Positions 55,322 through 63,823 of a DNA stretch of 64,000 bases are shown here, piece after piece. This DNA comes from Clostridia bacterium. GTDB taxonomy: Bacteria; Bacillota; Clostridia; Oscillospirales; Acutalibacteraceae. The first letter of the stretch is position 1. Each line of letters opens with the position of its first letter. The DNA is taken from positions 36,849-100,848 of the forward strand of contig JAFSFY010000039.1 in NCBI GenBank assembly GCA_017434985.1, read 5' to 3'. Both the position numbers and the translations under genes were made by a program. Under the pieces are notes generated by a model, which saw only the letters and a program-made list of their open reading frames with translations, searched no databases and was not told the DNA's origin.

Positions 55322-58093
55322 ATGTCATTGCTCTCAATTCTGGAAACGATATTTATCGGTCCTCTCAAACTGCTTTTTGAAATTATTTTTCAAGTAGCGG
55401 ACCGTTTTGTGGATCATCCCGGCTTGTCCATCATCGTGCTCAGCTTGGTGATGAACATTTTGGTACTTCCGCTTTACAAGCGTGCCGACGCGATGCAAGA
55501 AGAATCGCGTGACACGGAAGCGCGCCTTTCGCGTGGTGTTAACCACATCAAAAAGGTGTTCTCGGGCGACGAGCGGATGATGATCCTGCAAACGTATTAT
55601 CGCCAGAACAACTACAAGCCCACCAATGCCCTTAACGGCTCGGTCTCGTTGCTTCTGGAAATTCCGTTTTTTATGGCGGCGTACCAATTCTTGTCCCATT
55701 TGGACGTGTTAAGCGGCGTGTCGCTCGGTCCGATCAAAGACCTGTCGGCCCCCGATGGGCTCATTGTCATCGGCTCGCTTTCCATTAACTTGTTGCCGGT
55801 GTTGATGACGGCGGTCAACGTGATTTCATCCGCCATCTATCTGAAAGGGTTTCCGCTGAAAACCAAGATTCAGTTGTATGCGATGGCGTTGTTTTTCCTC
55901 GTGTTTTTGTACACGTCGCCTTCCGGCCTCGTGTTCTATTGGACGCTGAACAACGTGTTCTCGCTCGCCAAAAACATTTTCTACAAAATCAAAAATCCCG
56001 CCAAAGTGTTGCGCATTCTGACCGCCGTGTTGGGTGTGGCGTCCATCGGCGTGGGCTTTGCGGTGTTCCCTGCCAATCCGCTCAAACGCGCGTTTTTGAT
56101 CGTGCTCGGTTTGGCGCTGATGTTCCCGCTTTTGTGGAATCTCCTCCAATCCAAAATCACCATCAAGAAAACCGAAAGCACGGCACAACCGAACAAAAAA
56201 GTGTTCGTGTGCGGTTGCTTGTTCTTGACGGCGTTGATGGGGCTCTTGATCCCCTCCACCTTTATTGCGGCTTCGCCGCAGGAATACGTGGACATCTCCT
56301 ATTTCCACCATCCGCTTTGGTATCTTGTCAGCACGGCGGCGATGGCGGTCGGCTTCTTTATGGTGTGGTTCCGCGTGTTCTATTGGCTTGCCAGCCCCAA
56401 AGGCAAAGTGATCTTTGATCGGTTGATGTGGGTGCTGTGCGGTATCACCATCGTCAACTATATGTTCTTCGGCACCAATCTCGGTGTCATTTCTTCCAAC
56501 TTGGTGTACGACAACGAAATGGCATTCACCACGCTGGAATATCTGCTCAATACGCTTGCTGTGTTGGCGGTGGCGGTGCTGTTGTATTTGGTTGCCACCA
56601 AGTGGAGCAAGATCATCCCGCCCGTATTGTTGGTGGCGTCCATCGCGCTTACCGCCATGAGCGGTCTGCACGTGTACACCACGGCGGAATCGGTCAGCCA
56701 GATCTCGGTGGAGCAAAGTGACACGGTTCCCAACTTCAACTTAAGCAAAACCGGGAAAAACGTTATCGTGATGATGATTGACCGCGGTATGGGTTCGTAT
56801 TTGCCGTATTTGATGCAGGAACGTCCCGAACTGCGCGAACAATTTGCCGGGTTTACGTGCTATACCAACGTTATTTCGCACGGCGCGTGCACCAACTTCG
56901 GTTCGCCCGGCTTGTTCGGCGGTTATGAATACACGCCGGTGGAAATGAACAAGCGCGATGGCGAGTTGTTGAAGGACAAGCACAACGAAGCATTGAAATT
57001 GATGCCGGTGTTGTTTGCTCAAAACGGTTATGACGTAACCGTGTGCGACCCCGTGTATGCCAACTACAATTGGCTCGCTGATACAAGTATTTATGACGAG
57101 TATCCCGACATTGACACGTTTGTCACCGAAGGTGCGTTTTCGGATAACAAAGGTAAGATTGAAAAGATCAATAATGGCCATCGCAACTTCTTCTGCTTCT
57201 CGGCGATGAAATCGATGCCGTTGCTTCTGCAACCGTTTGTGTATGATGATGGTGCTTACAATCAAGCCGTTGCCCAAGACGAAGGAGAGTACACCTATGT
57301 GAAGCAGGTCATCGAGGCAGGTTCTACCACCAAAGCCGAGGGTGTCAGCAAGGATTTCGTTAATCCTTTCAACGTGTTGGTCAACCTACCAAACATTACC
57401 AAGACGACCGACGATGAAGCCGGTACGTTTTTGATGATCGCCAACAACGCGGCTCACGAAGATAGTTTGTTACAACGGCCCGAGTATGTGCCCACGCCGA
57501 CCGTTGACAACACGGAGTTTGATGCCAAGTTCGGTGACAACGTGACGGTGGACGGTAAAGTGATGCACCTGACCACGGTTGAACAAAAAGCGCACTACCA
57601 GGCCAACATGGCGGTGATGCTCCAACTTGGTAAATGGATGGACTACCTGCGCGAACAGGGTGTTTACGATAACACCAAGATCATTTTTGTGGCTGACCAC
57701 GGGTTTTGTGCCAAACAGTTTGACGAGCTGATCGTCGACGGTCACGATGTGCAGATCTATCATCCGCTGTTGCTGGTGAAAGACTTCGACAGTACCGAAT
57801 TTACCGTTTCGGATGAGTTTATGACCAACGCCGATGTACCGACTATTGCTTTTGCCGATTGTGTGGAGAATCCGGTCAATCCCTTTACCGGAAATCCCAT
57901 CAATAACGATGAAAAGACGGCACACGATCAGTATATTACGCTTTCACTGGAATGGGATACCAAGACGAACAACGGCAACACCTTTACGCCTTCTAAATGG
58001 GCCAAGGTTTCCGACGATATGTGGAACAAAAAGAATTGGGAGTTCTACAACGAAAAAGTCGTCTTGAAAGACCACGAATTCCCAACGGAATAA
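55322..58093 (+). CDS. Fusion protein: N-terminal YidC/Oxa1-family membrane insertase domain + additional TM segments + C-terminal LtaS/sulfatase-like alkaline-phosphatase-superfamily domain
   Basis: GLSIIVLSLVMNILVLPLYKR, MMILQTYYRQNNYKPTNALNGSVSLLLEIPFFMAAYQFL, LGPIKDLSAPDG and PSGLVFYWTLNNVFSLAKN align motif-for-motif with SpoIIIJ/YidC. The C-terminal NVIVMMIDRGMGSY...TNFGSPGLFGG...KIIFVADHGF carries AP-superfamily metal-site, nucleophile and DHG motifs. Confidence 0.7.
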   Translation: MSLLSILETIFIGPLKLLFEIIFQVADRFVDHPGLSIIVLSLVMNILVLPLYKRADAMQEESRDTEARLSRGVNHIKKVFSGDERMMILQTYYRQNNYKPTNALNGSVSLLLEIPFFMAAYQFLSHLDVLSGVSLGPIKDLSAPDGLIVIGSLSINLLPVLMTAVNVISSAIYLKGFPLKTKIQLYAMALFFLVFLYTSPSGLVFYWTLNNVFSLAKNIFYKIKNPAKVLRILTAVLGVASIGVGFAVFPANPLKRAFLIVLGLALMFPLLWNLLQSKITIKKTESTAQPNKKVFVCGCLFLTALMGLLIPSTFIAASPQEYVDISYFHHPLWYLVSTAAMAVGFFMVWFRVFYWLASPKGKVIFDRLMWVLCGITIVNYMFFGTNLGVISSNLVYDNEMAFTTLEYLLNTLAVLAVAVLLYLVATKWSKIIPPVLLVASIALTAMSGLHVYTTAESVSQISVEQSDTVPNFNLSKTGKNVIVMMIDRGMGSYLPYLMQERPELREQFAGFTCYTNVISHGACTNFGSPGLFGGYEYTPVEMNKRDGELLKDKHNEALKLMPVLFAQNGYDVTVCDPVYANYNWLADTSIYDEYPDIDTFVTEGAFSDNKGKIEKINNGHRNFFCFSAMKSMPLLLQPFVYDDGAYNQAVAQDEGEYTYVKQVIEAGSTTKAEGVSKDFVNPFNVLVNLPNITKTTDDEAGTFLMIANNAAHEDSLLQRPEYVPTPTVDNTEFDAKFGDNVTVDGKVMHLTTVEQKAHYQANMAVMLQLGKWMDYLREQGVYDNTKIIFVADHGFCAKQFDELIVDGHDVQIYHPLLLVKDFDSTEFTVSDEFMTNADVPTIAFADCVENPVNPFTGNPINNDEKTAHDQYITLSLEWDTKTNNGNTFTPSKWAKVSDDMWNKKNWEFYNEKVVLKDHEFPTE

Positions 58094-58108
58094 GAGGAGG
58101 GGTGCGAT

Positions 58109-58993
58109 ATGTATCGTGTGGATAATGCCGTCATTATGGCGGCAGGTACGGCCAGCCGTTTTGCACCTCTTTCGTATGAGCGCCCGAAAGCACTCATTGA
58201 GGTGAAAGGCGAGGTGCTCATCGAACGGCAGATCCGCCAACTGCAAGAGGCGGGTATCCGCGACATCATCATCGTCGTGGGATATATGAAAGAGTGTTTT
58301 GCGTATTTGGAAGAAAAATGCGGTGTCACCATCGTGGAAAACACCGAATATCTGACCCGCAATAACAACTCCACCATTTTTGCCGTAAAAGACTATTTGA
58401 AAAATACCTATATTTGTTCGTCTGACAACTACTTTTCGCGCAATCCGTTCGAAAGCGAAGTAGACGACGCTTACTACGCCGCCATTTACGCCGACGGCGA
58501 AACCAAAGAATGGTGTATGACCGAAGACAAAGAGGGGTACATCGATTCGGTGACGGTCGGCGGGCGCGATGCGTGGTTTATGCTTGGTCATACGTTTTGG
58601 ACCGAGGAGTTTACCGAAAGGTTTTTGCGCATTTTGGAACGTATTTACGACGAGCCTCGTACGGCGGATCTGTTATGGGAATCCATTTATATGGAGCACC
58701 TCGACCAACTGAAAATGAAGATCCGCAAGTACGACAGTGACGTGATCTTTGAGTTTGACACGTTGGATGAATTACGCGAGTTTGATGAGAGTTATAAAGC
58801 CGACACGCGCTCGGCAATTCTCAAATCCATTGCGGCACAGTTGGGATGTACCGAGGAAGAGATCGTGCACGTCACGTCGTACAAAGACGGCAATAACGCT
58901 GCCGCCGGTATTCATTTTGAAGTAGGCGAAAAACGGTATGCCTACGCCTATAAAACCCGTCAATTGAGCGCGAAAGCGCCCGATACCGTATAA
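58109..58993 (+). CDS. licC: LicC-like nucleotidyltransferase (CTP:phosphocholine cytidylyltransferase family) with a ~60-aa C-terminal extension
   Basis: NAVIMAAGTASRFAPLSYERPKALIEV...IIIVVGYMKECFAYLEEKCGV closely parallels pneumococcal LicC (AIILAAGLGTRLRPLTENTPKALVQV...IIIIVGYLKEQFDYLKEKYGV). Confidence 0.8.
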   Translation: MYRVDNAVIMAAGTASRFAPLSYERPKALIEVKGEVLIERQIRQLQEAGIRDIIIVVGYMKECFAYLEEKCGVTIVENTEYLTRNNNSTIFAVKDYLKNTYICSSDNYFSRNPFESEVDDAYYAAIYADGETKEWCMTEDKEGYIDSVTVGGRDAWFMLGHTFWTEEFTERFLRILERIYDEPRTADLLWESIYMEHLDQLKMKIRKYDSDVIFEFDTLDELREFDESYKADTRSAILKSIAAQLGCTEEEIVHVTSYKDGNNAAAGIHFEVGEKRYAYAYKTRQLSAKAPDTV

Positions 58994-59025
58994 ACCATTT
59001 TTTACCGTTAAAGGAGGAATGTCCG

Positions 59026-59934
59026 ATGGGAGAGATCATTAAACAAGACTTGAGCGCCGTTTCCGATTTGTTGAAATTGGTTGTGGGGAAGGACGACTAT
59101 TGTGATATCAAGCGCATGGGCGGCCTGACCAACCACACATACTACGTGGCATTTGCCGACGGCGCGGAATACGTGGTGCGTATTCCCGGGGAAGGCACCG
59201 AAGAACTCATTGTGCGAAGCGATGAGGAGAAGAGTACGACACTTGCCTGCAAACTCGGTGTGGATGCCAAGATGCTGCATTTCGGCAAGGATGGTTCCAA
59301 GGTGACCGAATACATCAAAAACGCGGTCACGATGTCGTCTGAAACGTTGAAAGAGCCTGCTCGCATCGGGCAGGTCGCCGATATCTTCAATGTGATGCAT
59401 TCGTGTGGTGAAGACACGGGCGTTCCGTTTGAGGTGTTCGATATGGCGGCGGGGTATGAGAAGATCATCCGCGATATGAACGTGCCGATGTTCGATGACT
59501 ACGCCGAAAACAAACAAATTGTGATGGACATCAAAGCGGAGATCGACGCGTCATTCGACATCAGAAAAGTCCCTTGCCATAACGATCCGCTTTGCGAAAA
59601 CTGGGTGGTCGGTGACGGCGACAGAATGTACCTGATCGATTGGGAATACGCCGGTATGAACGATGGTATGTGGGATATTGCCGACGTGTCCATCGAAGCG
59701 GGGTACAACGACGAACAAGACGCGTTGCTTCTTGAGAAATACTTGAAAAAAGTTCCCGATACCTTGGACAAAAAGCATTTCTTGGCAAGCAAAATTTACG
59801 TGGATTATCTGTGGACCTTGTGGGCGATGGCCCGTGTTCCGTACGACGGAAAACCGATGGAAGATTGGGCGACCGAGCGCTACGCAAGGATGAAAGATAA
59901 TATAACCAACTTTTCGCAACTTAAGGAGGAGTAA
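59026..59934 (+). CDS. licA: Choline/ethanolamine kinase (LicA-like)
   Basis: Brenner motif CHNDPLCENWV and choline-kinase motif LIDWEYAGMND. RBS AAAGGAGGAA. Confidence 0.85.
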   Translation: MGEIIKQDLSAVSDLLKLVVGKDDYCDIKRMGGLTNHTYYVAFADGAEYVVRIPGEGTEELIVRSDEEKSTTLACKLGVDAKMLHFGKDGSKVTEYIKNAVTMSSETLKEPARIGQVADIFNVMHSCGEDTGVPFEVFDMAAGYEKIIRDMNVPMFDDYAENKQIVMDIKAEIDASFDIRKVPCHNDPLCENWVVGDGDRMYLIDWEYAGMNDGMWDIADVSIEAGYNDEQDALLLEKYLKKVPDTLDKKHFLASKIYVDYLWTLWAMARVPYDGKPMEDWATERYARMKDNITNFSQLKEE

Positions 59935-59938
59935 AACG

Positions 59939-60892
59939 ATGACAGCAGGAATTATTGCGGGTATCACTTGGGCTCTTGAAACGGTTATTTTGGGTATCGC
60001 GTTGGCGATGTCCCCGTTCTGTTCGACCGAACAAGCCATCTTTTTGGCTCCGTTCGTCAGCACCTTCCTTCACGATGCGTGCTCCGCCATTTGGGCGCTC
60101 ATTTATAACGGTGTGCGCGGCAAACTCGGCGACGTGTGGAAAGCGTTCAAAACCAAAAGCGGCAAATGGGTAGCCTTGGCGGCAACCATCGGCGGCCCCG
60201 TCGGTATGACGGGCTACGTGTTGGCGGTCAACTATATGGGCGCTTCCATCGGTGCGGTGGCGAGTGCTATTTTCCCCGCCATCGGCAGCGTGCTTGCGTT
60301 CTTCTTCCTGAAAGAAAAAATGAAATGGCACCAATGGTTGTTTTTGATCGTGACCTTGCTCGGCGTGTATGGTCTCAGCTATTCGCCCGACTTGGACATC
60401 AAAAATTTCTGGCTCGGTCTTATCGGTGCGTTGATGTGCGCGTTCGGTTGGGGCATTGAGGCGGTTATCGTCGCCAAATCGTTGACCGACCCCGAAGTGA
60501 CCGACGAATACGCGTTGCAAATTCGCCAAACCACCTCCGCGCTTGTGTACGGCATCATCATTTTGCCGATCATCAAAGGTTGGGGTTTCACCGCGAGTTT
60601 GTTTACCGGCGGCACCGGTTGGTTGTTGCCCACCATTGCGATTGCGGCATTGTTTGCCACCGTTTCGTACCTCTTCTATTACAAAGCGATCGCGCAGATC
60701 GGCGCTTCCAAAGCCATGGCATTGAATGTCACCTATACGGCGTGGGCGATCGTCTTTACGGTTATTCTTTCGCTCATCAAGCAAGAAACGGTTTCCTTGT
60801 CTTTCATCACCATTTTGTGTGCCATCGTGGTGTTGGTGTGCGGTATCTTTGCTGCTGCTGACTTCAAAGAGATTTTGGCGAAGAAAAAATAA
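59939..60892 (+). CDS. licB: LicB-like choline permease (DMT/EamA superfamily, 10 TM)
   Basis: AIFPAIGSVLAFFFLKEKMKW aligns with LicB AIYPAISVLLAFFFLKHK. RBS AAGGAGGAG. Confidence 0.75.
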   Translation: MTAGIIAGITWALETVILGIALAMSPFCSTEQAIFLAPFVSTFLHDACSAIWALIYNGVRGKLGDVWKAFKTKSGKWVALAATIGGPVGMTGYVLAVNYMGASIGAVASAIFPAIGSVLAFFFLKEKMKWHQWLFLIVTLLGVYGLSYSPDLDIKNFWLGLIGALMCAFGWGIEAVIVAKSLTDPEVTDEYALQIRQTTSALVYGIIILPIIKGWGFTASLFTGGTGWLLPTIAIAALFATVSYLFYYKAIAQIGASKAMALNVTYTAWAIVFTVILSLIKQETVSLSFITILCAIVVLVCGIFAAADFKEILAKKK

Positions 60893-60895
60893 AGG

Positions 60896-60928
60896 TAAAA
60901 CGCCCCTCGGAAGAGGGGCGTTTTGGTT
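60896..60928 (+). terminator. Intrinsic terminator after licB
   Basis: aaacgcccctc-ggaa-gaggggcgttt followed by a T-run. Confidence 0.65.
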
Positions 60929-61045
60929 GTAAAAAACAAACTTTTACCAGTAAAAAAGTTGCATCTTTTTGAAAGAAGATGGACAATCACAGGGGTATAT
61001 GCTACCATAAGTTTGCAGATAACTCGTATTGAAGGGGACTACATT

Positions 61046-62800
61046 ATGCAAACGATATACTTGTCCGAACAAGGTGTTCGCACAGGGGAGGATATTACGG
61101 TATCCTTGTGTAAACTGTTTTGTGAATATCGCGAAAATACGACTTTTGTTTTTGAAAACGGGGATTATTATTTTTCACCGCATGCTGAAATGAAAGCGGA
61201 TTATCGGTTGTCCAATACCGATGTAGCTCCGGAACGCACGTTGGGGTTGTGGCTCAAAAAAATGAAAAATTGCACCTTGGTCGGTAACGGCGCACGCTTG
61301 TGGTTTGCGGGACATATGCAACCTTTTACGCTGGACGAGTGTGAAAACGTAACGATACAAGGATTTGTCATTAACTGGAAAAAACCGATGGTGGCGGAGG
61401 GCATTGTGCAAGCTGTTTCCGACAAAACGGTGGATGTGTATGTTGATCCCGATAAATTCCCTCATCGTATGCGCGATGGCCAATTGGAATTTGATGTGGG
61501 TGCCGATGAATGGTACCCGCTTGTCCGGTGGGGCCATAACGTGTTTGAACCGCATTTTCGCACCTTGCGCCGTAAAGCGGGTGACTGCATTTCCACAGGA
61601 AATGGTGTGACCGATTTGGGTGGCGATAGGTATCGCATCGAATCTCACCGCGAGGTGGTGGCGTGCCCCGGCGATATCGTGGTGTTGCGCCATAACAGTC
61701 GCAAGCACGCCGGCATTTTCAGTGAACATTGCCGTGACATTACCATTGAGGATGTTACGGTGCATTCTTGTGGCGGTTTGGGTTGTTTGTCACAGTTTTG
61801 CCATAATATGACTTACCGCCGTGTGCATTTTGTTCCCGACCGCGCGGCGGGACGGTTGATTACCAACGGCCGTGACGATGGGATGCACATCACCTGTAAC
61901 AGCGGCACGGTCACCATTACGGAATGCACTTTCCTTGGTTTAATGGATGATCCCATCAACGTGCACGCTTGTTGTGTCAAGGTGACTGAGGCGATCGGCA
62001 ACCGCGCGTTGCGTTGCCAATACGGTCACGTGCAAGCACAGGGCTTCAAGTATTGGGCCAAAGCGGGGGACGAGATCGTCTTTATCGACCGCGGTAATAT
62101 GTCGTGTGTCTATAAAGCGAAGGCCAAGGCATATATGTTGGAAGCAATCGATACCTTTACCATCGAATTTGAAGAAGAATTGCCCGATTTTGTGTTGAAG
62201 ATGGCTCAAAAAGGTGCGGCCTTGGCCATTGACAATGTCACTAACACGTCGGCATTTGTGTGTACCAACAACCGCTTCGGTAGTTGCCGCGCGCGCTCGG
62301 TGCTGATCTCTACGCCGAAACCCGTGTTGATTGAAAACAACTATTTTGAGTCCTCCGGATCGGCCGTATTGGTGGCAGGCGATGCCAATGGTTGGTTCGA
62401 GTCAGGCGAATGCCACGACGTTGAGATTCGCGGCAACGTGTTTACGCAAGCGTGTCTCACCAGTAACTACGAATTTTGCGAAGGTGTCATTAGTGTGTGT
62501 CCCGTGGTTCCAAAACCCGAAGTGGAGAAACCCTTCCACAAACACATCCGCATCGTCGACAACACGTTTGATACGGCAGATGCCCCGGTCTTGTATGCCT
62601 ATTCGTGCGAGGGATTGCAATTTGTCAACAACCGCATTTTCAAAAGTCCCGCCGCGGAAAAATGGCATCCCAACGAAAATCGTATCAAACTGCGCTATTG
62701 TGTAGGCGCTTCGCTTCAAAACAATCAGTGGATCGGCACGTTTTCTGACGATACCATTCTTGAACAAGAACACTGCTTGCATACTACCTTTGATCACTAA
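61046..62800 (+). CDS. Right-handed parallel beta-helix (pectin-lyase-fold) protein, possible glycosidase/lyase acting on the surface polymer
   Basis: RBS GAAGGGGA. Repeating beta-helix rungs (GNGARLWFAG, ITIEDVTVHSCGGLG, NNRFGSCRARSVLIS, NNYFESSGSAVLVAGD, IRGNVFTQ). No signal peptide is evident at the chosen start. GC is about 43-47%. Confidence 0.6.
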   Translation: MQTIYLSEQGVRTGEDITVSLCKLFCEYRENTTFVFENGDYYFSPHAEMKADYRLSNTDVAPERTLGLWLKKMKNCTLVGNGARLWFAGHMQPFTLDECENVTIQGFVINWKKPMVAEGIVQAVSDKTVDVYVDPDKFPHRMRDGQLEFDVGADEWYPLVRWGHNVFEPHFRTLRRKAGDCISTGNGVTDLGGDRYRIESHREVVACPGDIVVLRHNSRKHAGIFSEHCRDITIEDVTVHSCGGLGCLSQFCHNMTYRRVHFVPDRAAGRLITNGRDDGMHITCNSGTVTITECTFLGLMDDPINVHACCVKVTEAIGNRALRCQYGHVQAQGFKYWAKAGDEIVFIDRGNMSCVYKAKAKAYMLEAIDTFTIEFEEELPDFVLKMAQKGAALAIDNVTNTSAFVCTNNRFGSCRARSVLISTPKPVLIENNYFESSGSAVLVAGDANGWFESGECHDVEIRGNVFTQACLTSNYEFCEGVISVCPVVPKPEVEKPFHKHIRIVDNTFDTADAPVLYAYSCEGLQFVNNRIFKSPAAEKWHPNENRIKLRYCVGASLQNNQWIGTFSDDTILEQEHCLHTTFDH

Positions 62801-62818
62801 ACTAAAGGAGAAGATGTT

Positions 62819-63649
62819 ATGATTACTTGGCAAGACGTCAAACGTATGGCGGAAGAACTCGGTGTGCGGGAAGGGGACAGCTTGATCGTCCACTCCTCTT
62901 TTAAAAGCATCGGCGAAACCGAAAACGGTGCCGATACCGTTATCAAGGGGTTGCTCGCCGCCGTGGGGGAGAGCGGTACGTTGATGTTCCCCACCTTGTG
63001 TCAAAACGATTGGGAACACGTGTATGAAAATTGGCATATGGACGCCCCTTCGGACGTGGGATACCTTACCAATTATTTCCGTAAACTGCCGGGCGCGTTG
63101 CGCTCCAACCAAGCGACCCACTCGGTGGCTGCCATCGGCAGGGACGCCGCATACTTCACCGAAACGCACGGTGTGACGGGTCGCCGCCACGGTATTTTTG
63201 GCGATACGCCCTTTTCGGCCGATTCTCCTTGGGAGAAGATGTTGGAAAAGAACACCAAAATGATGTTTCTCGGTTGTACGATGCTTGCATGCACAATGCG
63301 CCATTTAGCGGAATATCGCTACATTGATGAATATTTACAAAAGGCGAAAAAAAGTCCTCGATACGAGGAACTGAAAAATCGCTTGTGGTGCTACGATCGT
63401 TGGAAAGAAGGCGGTGTCTGGTATCACCTCGGTGCGGCACTGATGGAACCGATTTTGAACGAGCGCGGTCAAATGCATTACGCCAAGTGCGGCAACGCCG
63501 ACGTGAAGTTGGTGGCGGCGCAGGATTTTGTGAAATTGGCGTATGAAGAGATGGATGCGCGCAATGCGGATACTTTCTTTATGCCGGATGGTTGCGGTTG
63601 GGACCCGCAAGATATCTTCGATTGGCTGAATGAAGTCAACGCCTTATAA
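62819..63649 (+). CDS. AAC(3)-family aminoglycoside N3-acetyltransferase-like protein (Antibiotic_NAT fold; YokD-like)
   Basis: SLIVHSSFKSIGETENGADTVIKGLLAAVGESGTLMFPT parallels AAC(3) ALMLHASVKAVG...DGTLMMYAGW. RBS AAAGGAGAAG. Confidence 0.8.
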   Translation: MITWQDVKRMAEELGVREGDSLIVHSSFKSIGETENGADTVIKGLLAAVGESGTLMFPTLCQNDWEHVYENWHMDAPSDVGYLTNYFRKLPGALRSNQATHSVAAIGRDAAYFTETHGVTGRRHGIFGDTPFSADSPWEKMLEKNTKMMFLGCTMLACTMRHLAEYRYIDEYLQKAKKSPRYEELKNRLWCYDRWKEGGVWYHLGAALMEPILNERGQMHYAKCGNADVKLVAAQDFVKLAYEEMDARNADTFFMPDGCGWDPQDIFDWLNEVNAL

Positions 63650-63666
63650 TCAAAAAACCTCCGCTT

Positions 63667-63708
63667 AGGGAGACACTTCGTAAAGAAGTGTTCTCCCTGC
63701 TTTCTTTA
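63667..63708 (+). terminator. Intrinsic terminator
   Basis: agggagacacttc-gtaaa-gaagtgttctccct followed by a T-rich run. Confidence 0.6.
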
Positions 63709-63720
63709 TATATAAAAAAT

Positions 63721-63745
63721 TGACACTTTCAGCTTGAAAGTGTCA
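63721..63745. promoter_or_regulatory. Perfect 11-bp inverted repeat TGACACTTTCA-gct-TGAAAGTGTCA overlapping a TTGACA -35-like hexamer: candidate operator
   Basis: Seen directly. Confidence 0.4.
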
Positions 63746-63823
63746 TAGTGGGTTACATACTTTGAAAAAGATTATACTCGCCGAAAAAACAATGTTTCTT
63801 TTTCGGTGTGTAAAAGTAATATT

